Of a DNA stretch of 64,000 bases, positions 35,640 to 48,140 are shown one piece after another. Source of the stretch: Callorhinchus milii (taxonomy: Eukaryota). Numbering within the stretch: position 1 is the stretch's first letter; the number at the start of each line of letters is the position of its first letter. The stretch spans positions 79,114,001 to 79,178,000 of the forward strand of contig NW_024704742.1 of NCBI RefSeq assembly GCF_018977255.1, given 5' to 3'. Position numbers and translations under genes: made by a program. The notes below the pieces were generated by a model. That model did not search any database. It worked only from the letters and a program-made list of their open reading frames with translations, and was not told the DNA's origin.

Positions 35640-35890
35640 GTAGTAGCAACAACATATCATATTTATATAGCACCTTTTACTTTGGGAGGATGTCCCAAGA
35701 TTCTGGGCAATCAGAGATTTGCACCCAAGCTGAGGGTTGGGTCAAAGAGTGAGGGCAATAGGGGTGGAGGAGAAAAAATGACTGAAGATAAGGTCGAAAA
35801 GTAAGGTCTTGAGATGAACCTTGAAAGAGACAGGGAAGGGGTTGAGTCGGAGGGGCTTTGGAATAGAGTTCCAAGGCGTGGGAGTAAAAA
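35640..35890 (-). mobile_element. L2 LINE 3' end (diverged)
   Basis: Tail CAACAAC..ATTTATATAGCACCTTT..GGATGTCCCAAG, then reverse complement of the FK..LKT.LFD codons. Confidence 0.8.
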
Positions 35891-38354
35891 GGCAATTGCA
35901 AACAAATGAAATGTACCATTGGAGTTATCATACATAATAAAGAGGGCCATCTACTCAATCTGCCTATGTGAATTTGATTGCTGAGTGCATAGTATGGTCC
36001 CAGAACTCAGCATTAAAAAACTATTAGATTATATCAGGGTTAATATGAGTGTGAAGTGAAACATGGCCTTTCCACAGGATTGTAGCTTGATGATGGGTGG
36101 GAGCTGTATTCAATCTGATTAAACACATTACTCCAATAAGCCACAAAATAATTATTTGAAGAACTCATATAAAACCTGAGCAGTCAAGCCTCACTCATCT
36201 GCATCAAAACAAAATTTTGCTTACAATCAGATCCTATGATTTCACTTTGGGATGTCCTCCCGATGTGAAAGGCGCTATACAAATGTAATCTTCTTGTTGT
36301 TGTATGAGAATGCACCTCATTCTAAAAAACAACACAACTAAGCAACTAAAAGGGATAGAATAAATATATTCTACATTACTCTTTTCAGTATTACGCTCTT
36401 CACTCTGAGTAAAGATCCACATTGTTCTCATATCTACATCAGTTGGTTTGAGAGGTTAAATCAATAATATTTACCACTGGACTAACAGACCGTAGGTGTC
36501 CACAGTCCCTACATCCAATTCTTCTGTCTCAATATTAAACCCCATTTAGTATTACTAACAAGCTTTCAGAACATGACAAGTTTCAAAACTGGCTCCGATT
36601 CATGTAGTCCAGGGTCTGGGAGCAGATTAGAGTCCTGGACACTAAAGTGACAAAGCAGGCTGTATGTTCAAACTCCACATGGCTAACAATGTTCAAAACA
36701 AATCAAAACAAATGCAGTGTGCACAGTGGTGCTGGGCAGCAATTTAACAGAAAAACAAAATCACTATTTCTTAAATATGTCTCTGGCACTCCTGGCCAAC
36801 GGGTTACACAGAAAGTTAAGACAACTGCTAGAGAACATGGAGGATTTTGTCCTTGCAGTATGTGAAACAGATTTGATCTAAGCAGCTGATTTCACAATCC
36901 ACAGGGAACATAGGTTTCAGAAACATCTGGGAATTGTAATCTCCAACAAACTGTACATTGCATCTCAATCTGACACCCTGCAGTGATTTGTGATTCCCAG
37001 ATTACAAAGAGCATGACTCTCGGATTACAATCCATAAAGCCTCTGTATCTCTGCACTAATAACCAGTTACAAATCATTTCACCTGATCTACTGTCAGTTC
37101 TAATCTTCCCCCATAGAAGCATATTGTATCAGAACACGTGGTGCCTAGGTGTCAAGCAGTAATAATATCATAGCTTGGAATGTAAAATAAATGGCAGGAC
37201 AGAGTAAGAAAACATCACATCAACTTTAAACAACTTAAAATAAGATGGCACCACCATATGGTTAAAAAAAATATTTTATGTTAAGCCTAAAATTTGGGAG
37301 AAGGATGAAGCACATACTGTACCCCTCTCGTCAAACCATTAGGAATTAAAACTTCGAGCTGACATCTGACCTCAAGGCAGTGCAGTGGGAGTTCGGAAAG
37401 AGAATGCGACAGGTGAAGTGAATCACAGGCGAGATTTATCACACAGACCAGAAATGTGCTGAAAAGGAATTGATAGTTATCACTGGCCTTGGAGCATAAT
37501 ATTACCAGGGCTATTACACACCACATCCCTACCTCATGATGTGAAACTAATAAGATTACTCAGCTGCACCAGAGAGTTAGATGGAATACTGTCCTGTCAT
37601 GGGATGATCCATCATGGTTCACGTGAGAGCAACCACCACCTACAGGTATTTCTCTTGCCAACAGAACAACAGCAACAAATTATACTTGTATAGTACTCTG
37701 CAAGTCGGAAAGACGTCCCAGGGCACTGGACAGTTAGAAGATGGAACATTGCTGGCAGAAATCAACAAGTGGTCTATATTCCAATAAATATAATCTAGTG
37801 TTCATACACACAGGCACTGTACGATTTTTTTCTTGTGTAAAATCTTACTGTCAAGCTAATTTACTGATTGGAATTGGCATTTGATAGGGTTTCACCTTGG
37901 AAAGCCATAAACTATTGGAAGAAAATTGGTTATTCAAGCTTAAGAAAAATGAAAATAGAAAACAAAAACTGTTTTCACTGGATTAGAATATATAACTTAT
38001 TCACAGACTGTTGTACAGTACAGCTCGATGCAAAAGAAGCTTACATGAATACATTTTAATACATTTGGGGATTTAACATATTAAACAATAGAATCACGTT
38101 CTTGCTCTGCAGGGAATGTGTAGGATGGTGAGTGATTTGCCTGCATTTTCAAGGGCATAGGTAGTTGAAGCGCCTTAGGGCATCCTCCCGACGTGAAAGG
38201 TGCTATACAAATATAATCTTGTTGTTGTTGTTGTTGTTGTTGTTGAAGGGGTTATGGACTCAAAGGCACGTGGCATGGCTCTAATCATTGACCAAGGCGG
38301 TGGAAGTATGAAGGTGCTCGACTAATCTTGTCTGGGTGAAGATATCCCTGAGAG

Positions 38355-38544
38355 TAGTGGTGGCCAACCTTTTTGGTCAACCAAATACATTTTCTTGACT
38401 GAATATTTCTTCATTGATAGCCACAACATAAACATCGATATTCAGCAGCTACTGAAAACAAAACATTGATTTAAAACAAATTCACATAAACTAGAGCGAA
38501 TGTTTAACAGTCCACTTCTTCAGGCCCTGTGTTGGCTACCACTA
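38355..38544. mobile_element. hAT-type non-autonomous DNA transposon (MITE), 190 bp
   Basis: TIRs TAGTGGTGGCCAAC / GTTGGCTACCACTA (13/14 match); flanking 8-mers CCTGAGAG (38347-54) and CCTGAAAG (38545-52) form an 8-bp TSD with 1 mismatch, typical of hAT. Confidence 0.85.
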
Positions 38545-38576
38545 CCTGAAAGGATCTATAACCCAGTTTATGGAAT

Positions 38577-39003
38577 CAGTCCTGCAGCTTAGTAGAGGTG
38601 AGAGCACTCACCTCGCAAACGACAGGACCTGGGTTTGATTCCCGGGCAGGGTGAAACGTTGGGCAGGTTTCCCTACACTACACACCTCTGTTTACCTGGC
38701 AGTAAGTAGGAACCTGGTTGTTAGTTGATTGACAGATCGCTTTTTTGGGGATAATAATCCCTTCAAACAAACAAACAACGAAACACACACACACATACAT
38801 ACATACATACATACATAAATAATTTTGTTGCTCAGTCCACAACTGTTTGTTGGACACTGCTGTGTGCAATTGGCTGCCACATTTCGCCAATGGAACACAC
38901 AGTCAATTCACAGTATATTCTGTGAAATGCTTTGGGACATCTCGAAGACATGATAATGCGCTATATCAAATGCAAGGATTATTACTATCATTATTATTAT
39001 TAT
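38577..39003 (+). mobile_element. tRNA-derived Deu-like SINE, long form, with internal (CA)n/(CATA)n expansion
   Basis: Diverged head, CTCTGTTTACCTGGCAGTAAGTAGGAACC segment, microsatellite at ~38783-38816, core and tail. Confidence 0.9.
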
Positions 39004-39472
39004 CAGTGCGAATTCCTCAGAAGCTGCATGGTTCTTGAACTGCATTGTTGTAGGTATCACCTTTTAGATGAGATGTTAAAACCAAGGTTGTGACCATTCT
39101 TTCTTTGAGTGGATGCTAAAGATCCCATGACACTCTGCAAAAAGGGAGGGGGTTTCTCCAAGTCTTCTGGCCAACAATCCTTCAGATAAATTGCTTCAAC
39201 GTACAATATTATAAAATCTAAGTCCTCAAATTCTTGTTAGAGCGAAACAGACCAAGGAGAATTCGCAGTGGATTAGGGGAAGCAAACTCATGAACTTTTA
39301 TGTGTTTGCAATTCTATACCAGTAACTGCAGCATCTGATATTGAACAGCAAAGCTCTATTGGAATTTATCCATTTATTAGTACTTTTACAATCTGCACGA
39401 TTTATGTGATATAATGGTTTATAAAATCAATCATCTAATATATGCTATGTAATAAGATATCAGGAATAACTG

Positions 39473-39645
39473 AATAATAATGATAATAATAATAATGATC
39501 CTTGCATTTGACATAGCGCCTTATCACGCAGTTGAGATATCTCAAACGCTTCATAGAATATGCTGTAAAGTGAATTGACCATATATTTTGTGGGCAAAAG
39601 GCAGCGGCCAATTGTGCATGGCAGTGTCCCACAAACAGTCATGAA
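39473..39645 (-). mobile_element. Deu-like SINE 3' fragment
   Basis: (AAT)n CCTTGCATTTGACATAGCGCC..GCCAATTGTGCA..GTCCCACAAACAG. Confidence 0.88.
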
Positions 39646-41242
39646 TAACCATGATTCCTACAATAAAAGAGAAAGTTGTATATACATATATTCCATGATT
39701 TATTGATGAACTCAATGCATTGAATTTGTCATTAAAAAGATGTAATCCCGGAAATTGAGAAAAAGATAATTTGAATTATTTATGTTTTGTCTAGTTAAAT
39801 CCATATTCTCAAACAATTGCAAATGAATTTAGGAAATGTTAGCATTTTTACAGAATAATAGTAAAACATTTTAGAATTTTGGTGCTGAATCTCTGAAATC
39901 CTATCTTAGTCAGTACAGTATTGCGTGTCTCAACACCAAGTTGTTAATACAATAAAAATTGCCCAAATTACATTGCATTTGTTCTTTTGCCTTTTATGGG
40001 GCTGATTAATCTTAATGATCATCATTACCACGTATTCCCTCTTTGTATTTTACATTCAGTTTCATGTTCGCCATTGCCTTCACACTGGCAGATTTGCACA
40101 AAAGCTATCAAATTACTGTAAGGTATCCTAAAGGGAAATGAGCAAGATAATTCATTCCATGAGAAATATTAGAAGAAGCTTATTTTGCTTGTTTGCTCGT
40201 GAATAGTACAAATGGAGAAAAACAGCAGAGTCTGATGTGTATTTTCCATAATAAATATTAATAAAGCTTGCGTTGATATAGCCCCTTTCATGTCAGGAGT
40301 AAGCCCCAAAGCAGGTATTGTAACGTGGAGTGACTGTGTATTTTGTGGGTGAACTGATTTCTTTTAACAAAAATCAAACTGTTTTAATACTGTGAATCCT
40401 TAGTTATTTATTCATAGTTATCTTTTTGAATAGAAACTTTAACTTAAAGGATGATTTTAGGCATGTTGTAGAGAGAGCCCGATAACATTTAATTTGGTGT
40501 TTGACATGGCTTGAAGACGACTCAAAATAATTAGAATTAATGGAGCTTTTCGATGTCTGAATCTAAGAATTTTGTGTGCTTGGGTCTCAATGCTGCAGTA
40601 ACTCCACGGAAGAATGAACAAAACATTTGGTGCTTCATGGTTGAGGCATCATTAAACAGAAAATGTTTTCTTTATTCTCATCACTGTTGCATGTTCTGCA
40701 GTTCAGTAGCAAAGATGTATTGCAGCATTCTCTGCTTAGATTAATCTGAATGCCTGTATTGTGTTAAATGCCTTTTTTATAGCGGAATATTTCTATTACA
40801 AAGTGGAATTTTTAGTTCATCAGTAATTTTGTCACCTACTTAGTAAATAATGGAACAATGGAAAATGATATGCCCAGTATTAAAGGACAGTGTTCCTACC
40901 TGTTTGCTTTCTCTTGAGTTACTTTGGTGGCAATGGCTTATTCTCTGGGCCAATTGAAAAGCGTGGAAAATATTTGTCCAAAATTGCAGGGAGATTTTTG
41001 ACAAATTTTACAGAACATTGCAGGGAGTTGGTTGGTGCTACTGAGGTACATTTTTTCACTTTATTGATCAAAACTAAACATGAAGAAATAACATGTATTA
41101 GCTTGTTGCAAAAAATAATATTAGTTACTTCTTTAACAAAAAATTTGTGTGGCCCAATTTTTTTGGGAGGAAAGAAACGGACACCAGTGAGGCTACAGGA
41201 GCTCACCGCCTCCTACCTCCCAGGTCTCAGGACCGCAAATAT

Positions 41243-42010
41243 ACAGAGAGTGACACACACACTCACAGACACAGAGAGAGAAAGACATACAGACACACAA
41301 ACTCACAGACACACACTCACAGATACACGCACACAGACACACACACTCAGACACAAAGAGACGCACATTCTCAGAGAGAGACACACACAAAGATACTCAT
41401 AAACACACACACACTCACAGACACACACATACAGAGGAAAGACACAGAGACACACTCACATAGAGAGACTCACAAACACAGAGAGACATTCACAAACACA
41501 GAGAGAGACACTCACATAGAGAGACACTCACAAACAGAGAGAGTCACTCACAAAGAGAAACTCGCACAGAGATAGACTCACAGAGAGAGACACTCACACA
41601 CAGAGAGAAACTCACATATAGAGAGACCTCACACAGAGAGACACTCACACAGAGACAGACATTCACAGAGAGAGACTCTCACAGACAGAGAGACATTCAC
41701 GAAGAGAGAGACTCACAGAGAGAGACATTCACACAGAGAGACATTCACGAAGAGAGAGACTCACAGAGAGAGACATTCACACAGAGAGACATTCACACAG
41801 AGAAAGACACTCACACACAGAGAGACACTCACACACAGAGCGACACTCACACACAGAGAGACTCTCACACCGAAAGAGACTCACAGAGAGACACTCACAG
41901 TGAGAAAGACACTCACACAGAGACTCACACAAATAGAGACACTCATACAGAGAGACACTCAGAGTGAGAAAGACACTCACACAGAAACACTCACACAAAG
42001 AGAGACACTC
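41243..42010. repeat. CA/GA cryptic minisatellite (units like ACACTCACACAGAGAG)
   Basis: About 770 bp of alternating CACA and GAGA blocks with 12-16-nt quasi-periodicity. Confidence 0.9.
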
Positions 42011-42021
42011 ATGCGGAGCGT

Positions 42022-42343
42022 GGAGTCCTGTAGCTCAGTGGTTAGAGCACTTGCTTTGCAAGCGAGAGACCTGAGTTCAATTCCAGGCAGAGGGCGAAAC
42101 CTTGGGCAAGTTTCCTTACTCCACACAGAGCCTAATAATAATCCCTCCAAAACCAAAACAATAATAAATTGGTCATTTTCAATCTACGACTGTTTGTGGC
42201 ACATTGCTGTGCGCAATTGGCTGCCGCGTTCACCCACAAATATACAGTCAATTCACTTTACAGTGTGTTCTGTGAAGCGCTTTGGGATGTCCTCCCGACG
42301 TGAAAAGCGCTATATCAAATGCAAGGATTATTATTATTATTAT
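42022..42343 (+). mobile_element. tRNA-Ala-derived Deu-like SINE, short form, full length
   Basis: Complete head, core and (ATT)n tail. Confidence 0.95.
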
Positions 42344-42344
42344 A

Positions 42345-42515
42345 AAGAGTTTCTCCAAGATGCCAGGATTTTTGAAAGAGACATGGATAGATATTTGGGT
42401 AGTGAAGGTATAAAGGGGTATGACAAAAATGTGTGACATTGGAAATAAGATCTGCCAAGATGTAATAAACCATGGAACAGGCTCAAAGGGCAGAATGTCC
42501 TCCTCCTGTTCCTTA
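42345..42515 (+). mobile_element. CR1 LINE extreme 3' end
   Basis: FERDMDRYLGSEGIKGY codons and GGCTCAAAGGGCAGAATG..CTCCTGTTCCT 3' UTR, similar to the reverse complement of 2395-2550. Confidence 0.8.
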
Positions 42516-43339
42516 AACGCCACAAGACACTATCCTGCATGAAGGGTACTATATAAATGCAAGTTGTTGTTGCTTTCCTACATTTCTACCTTTGCAATGA
42601 AGCTGTACTTTAATAATATTAATCCCACAAAGGATATACTATAAAGTCCAGACTGTGTTTGTAGGCAATCCCGACAACTAATTAATGCACAGCATTTTTT
42701 CACAAACAACCAGACAGCAGCTTCTCATCTGCTTGCATGGTTTGGAAACAGATTGCAGATTACACTATCGCAGCATAGACTGTAGACTTCAAAGAATTGA
42801 CGTGGGGCTTCAACCCATAACTTTTGGACTCAGAGGCGAGAGTGCTCCAACTGAGGCAGGCTTACACCCAAACTGTACAGAAAACTAGGGGAATACTGGC
42901 CAAACCATTTTATTTTAGAACCTTACGGAAAGAGCAGAGATAAGAGTTGTTATCCCAACCAGGTGCAAAACCAGCCAGCAGAAAATGGAAATGGGCTACA
43001 TCTAACTCTTTGGGACAGTATTATATTATTTGTTGCACTATTTTCATTATCAAACTGTTTAATCATGTGTTTAAAGAATATGAATAAGAACTTTCAAATA
43101 TTTCTAGTCATTTCCTTTAAAACAGCAGATATCTGAGTGTTTACTATCTGGCCCAGATGGCTTGTAGACATTTGAGACTCCTCAAATCATTTTCTTCTTT
43201 GTAATATCCTATTCAACATCTATTTCTAAATTATCCCATTAATGGATCTATCTAGTCCTTTGCTCCAATGACTGCCTTTCCAGCAATAGCCTTTGATCCA
43301 GAGCAGAAAATGAGAACATTTGATGTTACAATCAGGTTC

Positions 43340-44030
43340 AATCTCCAGTTACCTTCCTTCCCCAAATCCAGTCCCTGACCAGCACGGCTTTCTTCCACCT
43401 CTGCCACGTTGCCCGTCTCCGACAATACCTCACCCCAAAAGCTGCCGAAACCCTTGTCCATCCCTTTGTCACCTCTCGGCTGGACTACTCTAACCCCCTC
43501 CTCGCCGGTCTCCCCTCTTCCACTATTCACAAAATTCAGCTCATTCAAAACTCCGTCGCCTGCATTCTCACCCGCACCAAGCTCCACACTGCAATTACCC
43601 CAGTCCTTGCTAAACTCCACTGACTCCCTGTCACAGAGCGGATTGACTTCAAGATCCTCACTCTAGTGTTTAAATCCTTACATTCCTTGGCACCCCCCTA
43701 TCTCTCTAACCTCATCTCTCCCCACAGCAGTACCCGCTGCCTTCACTCTACTGGGTCCAGCCTCCTCCATGTCCCCCGAATTCTCCACTTCACCATCGGC
43801 GGCCGTGCCTTCAGCCACTATGCCCTGAAACTTTGGAACTCCCTCCCTCAACCCCTTTGACTCATCCCTCCTTCCCCATCTTCAGATTGTGCCTGAAAAA
43901 CTTCCTCTTCGACCGCGCCTACGGTCACCTTCCCCCTCCCCCTGGCTCGGTCTCAGGCTCCGCCATTGATAAGTGCTCTGAGACACCGCCCGGAGTGGAG
44001 GGCGCTATAAAATGCAAGTAGTTGTTGCTG
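43340..44030 (+). mobile_element. L2 LINE 3' fragment (GTGCTCTGAGA tail subfamily)
   Basis: TCTCGGCTGGACTACTCTAAC (SRLDYSN); ORF 43666 [32 protein letters not shown]. Confidence 0.93.
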
Positions 44031-46199
44031 TTACATTATCAGAAATTCTGCCCCTGTTGATGCCTCAGGCTGTGGTAAGAAAATTTCTCCCTCTTTCCCT
44101 GACTTTAGCAAATAGCTGTACCTGACACTGCCCGTGAATGTCACTGAACCCTGGCATCCTGTGGAATGTGACATTTCAGTGCTTATTCATGGATTACTTG
44201 TTTCACTCAATAATAAATCCATGTGCCCCGTGCGTGAAATAAAGACGCACTGACTGAGTTGATATGCCAGTTAATTTATGAATGCAGCAGAAACTTACGT
44301 CTGCACCAGTTAAACACATCCATTACATTTCAGCACTGAAAATGTTCCAGTTGTATACCTTTTCTCTCTGGTGTTTCAGAACAATGTAGTTATATAATAC
44401 AATGCTAATGTCTTTTGTTACACATATTGAGCCCCACAGCAGTTTCACAAAACATAATTTGTTTCAACGGGAATCATAATGCATTCCCGAGGTTTAGTCG
44501 CTGATTTTATAATGGAAATTCTGTTCCAAATTAAAAACAATGAAATTGTCTTCATATCTGGTGGTGGCAATTAAACATGGTTGGATTGTGACCTATAGCA
44601 CCGATACAGGCTTCAGATATTAGAAAGGGATGAGCAATGTTTATATGATCCACCCCAATAATTGGCAAAATTGCTGATTTTTAGTTTGCTAATGGTATCA
44701 TTTACAACAGTATTAAACACATATTGGAAAATGTGGAGGAGTGTTAATGCTACGAAAAGTATCCTTGATGCCAAACCTGTTTCTACATGGTTGTATCGGG
44801 CCTGTCAAATTAGTGTTCCTGCAGCTAATGGAAAGAGAGAATTGTTACTTGCTCCAGAGGAGATAGAATGTGTACTAGGCAGCAGCTTCTTGATGATTCT
44901 TCACTTAATATCATGCCCATCGCGTCAGGAGGACATCTAAGCATTTCACAGGATTTCCCATAAAGTGCAGTGACTATTTGTGGGTGTACATGGCAGCCAA
45001 TTTGCCCACACAGCAAAGTTCCACATACAGCTGTGAAGTGAGTGACCAATTTTATTTGAGGGATTGTTCATCAGAACAGCATGAGAGACTAAAGCTTTTC
45101 CAAAGCTATGTGGCTTTTTCTCACCGGCTAATGGTTTTACAAGGCCAGCTAAACCTCACTTTTTAATTCTTCAAGGCATTCTAGTATAGTCTTGATTATG
45201 AGAATTTTCCTTCACAGTGTTCAGAGTGGTTGCATATCAACTCTGCAAGCATATTTGATATCTTCAGTCTTAATGACATAAGTACATTCTGTCAGCAGTG
45301 TGCAATTTATTCCCTTCTCTCTCATGTGTTTAGCAAGTTTCCTTTTAAAACATTGATGATTTCTACTTTACCCATGGCTTCTGTCAGACAGTTCCACATT
45401 TTCACCACACTCTGGGAAAATAAATTCTTTCTGAACTCTCTTTTAGATGCATTCGTGAAATCTTACATTTTACCGCCTTGTTATAAACTTGACATCAAGT
45501 GGAAAGTGGTGTCTTTATGTTCACATAATTTTGTATTATTGGCAATAGCCCCATACACAAATGCGTGCGTTTTGGTGATGAAGATTGGAGTTGGATGACT
45601 GATGCTTAATTTTTCAAGCTTCAACATGAAAATATATGATGACAGAGAGTTTTGATTTAATTACTTTATTAAGAGAGTGGTGATTACGAGGAATGGACTA
45701 AGCCGGAGAGACTGGTTAGAGAAAAATTGTAGCAAAAAATTCAGGATGGAGCTATTTGTTGAAACAGATGGAGTAGCAAATCAGTATAGTAAAAGATTAT
45801 TTGTTGCATTAAAATCGGCATTGTAGACCCTAATGATCTTTTCTTACCTGTGCATTCCTATGATCCAATGTGGATAGCTGTGAGTGTGTGGGGTGAGCCT
45901 TTGTTCTTGGCATGCAGTAAACCTTTTGACATGTAAATCCATACAGTTGCTATCAAAGCATGTTCAATTGTTTTTTAATTCTGCATCTGTCCAACTACTA
46001 GGAAGCTTTTGAAAGTGCTGAAAATTCTTAGCAATGGTGATGCATCTAAAACCAGTTCCTGCTGACTCCTGGCCTGTTGTTTTTTAATGAGCATTTTCTA
46101 ATGATATACATGGAAGCAATCAGGCAATTTTTTCTAAACTTCTAATGCAGAACAAGCACAAATCTAATGCTGTGGTGCATTGCCTTTCTTGAAAGGATA

Positions 46200-46740
46200 T
46201 CGGCGCTCTCAAAAGAAATCTTGAGATGTTTGTATAAAGAAAGTCCTTTAGCCCATTGGATCTCATCTTTCCAGAATACACATGAGGTACTTTGCCAACC
46301 CCCTTTTGGAAATCAAAGAGCACAGCATCATTTGGCTTCACGTAGCCAATTTGGGATGTGAAAAATCTCCTCAATAGGGCTATGAGGTTGGTTGGGTAAG
46401 ATCCCTGCCTTCTGAAGCTTTGACTATTGTCATTTATGAGATCATTTTCCCAGTAATCATCCCCATTTCCTTTCTGACGATTGACTCGATCAGTTTTCCA
46501 ATTATTGAAGTCAGGCTAAAGGGTCTACGGTTGTTAGGAATGGGTCTGTCACTTTTCTTGAATATGGGAATCACATGTGCTTGCTTCCAGCCTATTGGAA
46601 CCTCACGAGAGATAATTGACTATTATAATAACTGTCAGTGATGTACAAATTTCCTGCCTAGACTTTTCAAAATAACCTGGAGAACATTTTACCAATCCTG
46701 GGGTCATTTGTTAGTTTTCAGCTCTTTGAACCTACTTAGA
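46200..46740 (-). mobile_element. Old CR1 RT fragment
   Basis: Minus frames give FDFQKGVGKVPH; reverse-complement CCCATATTCAAGAAAAGTGACAGA..AACCGTAGACCCTTTAGCCTGACTTCA resembles PIFKK..NYRPVSLTS. Confidence 0.75.
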
Positions 46741-46894
46741 ACCTATACCTCACTTGCGCAATGCTATGAATGTAACCACCTACAGAGATGCAGAGTGCAT
46801 ATATTAATCTTTGTGCAATTAGTACTTAAAACAGGACTGGGTGAGGCAGAATCCGCCTGAAGACTCTGCAGTCTGGTGGACTCAAATGCTTGTT

Positions 46895-47197
46895 ACCATC
46901 AGTGGCCGGGCCTTCAGCCTCTCAGCCCCTAGGCTCTGGAACTCTATCCCCCAGTGCCTTCGCCGCCTCCTCCCTTTCCTCCTTCAAGGCCGGTCTCAAG
47001 ACCTTTCTCTTTGACCGTGCCTTCAGCTCCCCTCTCGACTCTCTACCCCCTCCTCACTCCCTCCCTTCCCTCCCCTCCCCTCACCCTGACCATTTCCCCC
47101 CTGCTTGGGTCCTGACCCAACTGTACAGTGCCTTGGGACGTCCTCCCGACGTGAAAGGCGCTCTATAAATGGAATCTTGTTGTTGTTGTTGTTGTTG
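46895..47197 (+). mobile_element. Young L2 LINE 3' end
   Basis: Nearly identical to 31490-31870 but without the UTR triplication; (TTG)n tail. Confidence 0.95.
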
Positions 47198-47432
47198 CTA
47201 GCTGTTTTCTTGGATCACATCTTATTTGCTGTCGACTGGGCAAAATCTTGGAATATCTTTAAAGTTGCACATCTTCAACAAATCATACATCCTAGTGCAG
47301 CACCTCCCAACCTCACCCAACATTATTATAAACGTGTGCAGCATGGAATCCCAATGTGCTGATCATCATACCTACCTCAGAATCCTCACATGTGCTGCAA
47401 AATGCCTGATGTAGTTATATCCAGGCATCACT

Positions 47433-47446
47433 GTTTCCATGGAAAC
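47433..47446. promoter_or_regulatory. Perfect palindromic RFX X-box GTTTCCATGGAAAC
   Basis: Exact match to the RFX consensus GTTNCCATGGNAAC in non-repeat sequence. Confidence 0.45.
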
Positions 47447-47739
47447 CCATCTGGAAATCTGTTCACATTCTTAAATGCAATTGAGTGCTATGTTTCTATG
47501 TTTGGACACAGGCTGTCCATATTTCATGTTCAGTGGTCAAGGGATGATAATAATAATCTTTGCATTTGACATAATGCCTTATCACGTCTTCAAGACGTCT
47601 CAAAGCGTTTCACACAATATACTGTGAAGTGAATTGACTGTATATTTTCTGGGCATAAGCAGGTGGTGGCAGGATCTGAATAGATGCCTTCTATCTTTTT
47701 GCATTGAGTTAAAGGAAGTTTAGGCTCATCCAAGCCTTG

Positions 47740-47910
47740 ATGTTTCAAAGGTTAGTGATCAGAATATCAATTGATATTGAATCAAGGTTGGATGTAGAGA
47801 GGTAGAGTTGGATGACATCACATAGAAATTTAACCTGTAATCTGTGGATGACATCACCAAAGGGGAGCATTTAGATGAGAAATAAGAGGGTATTGAGGTT
47901 AGAGAACTGA
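47740..47910 (-). mobile_element. Old L2 RT fragment
   Basis: Reverse complement CCCTCTTATTTCTCATCTAAATGCTCCCCTTTGGTGATGTCATCC resembles [14 protein letters not shown]. Confidence 0.6.
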
Positions 47911-48140
47911 GGTTTACTGGCATTCCAGTGCAGGAATTGGGGAAGCTTGGGATTGTTGGGGGTGTCATCCTTCAGATAAGACATAAAACATTAGTTGCAT
48001 CTATCCATTTTAGGAGGGGTATTAAAGATCTTATAACACTATTCAAAAAGAGAAGGATGTTTTTCTCAACGTCTTCTGTGGCAGTCTCAGTGGCTTGATT
48101 TCTGAGCCAAGGATAATCTGCGGTACTCCATGGCACTGTT

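Noticed and set aside
40890..42436. ORFs of 140-180 aa rich in Thr/His/Arg
   Set aside because: Run through the CA/GA minisatellite and a SINE; no recognisable domain.
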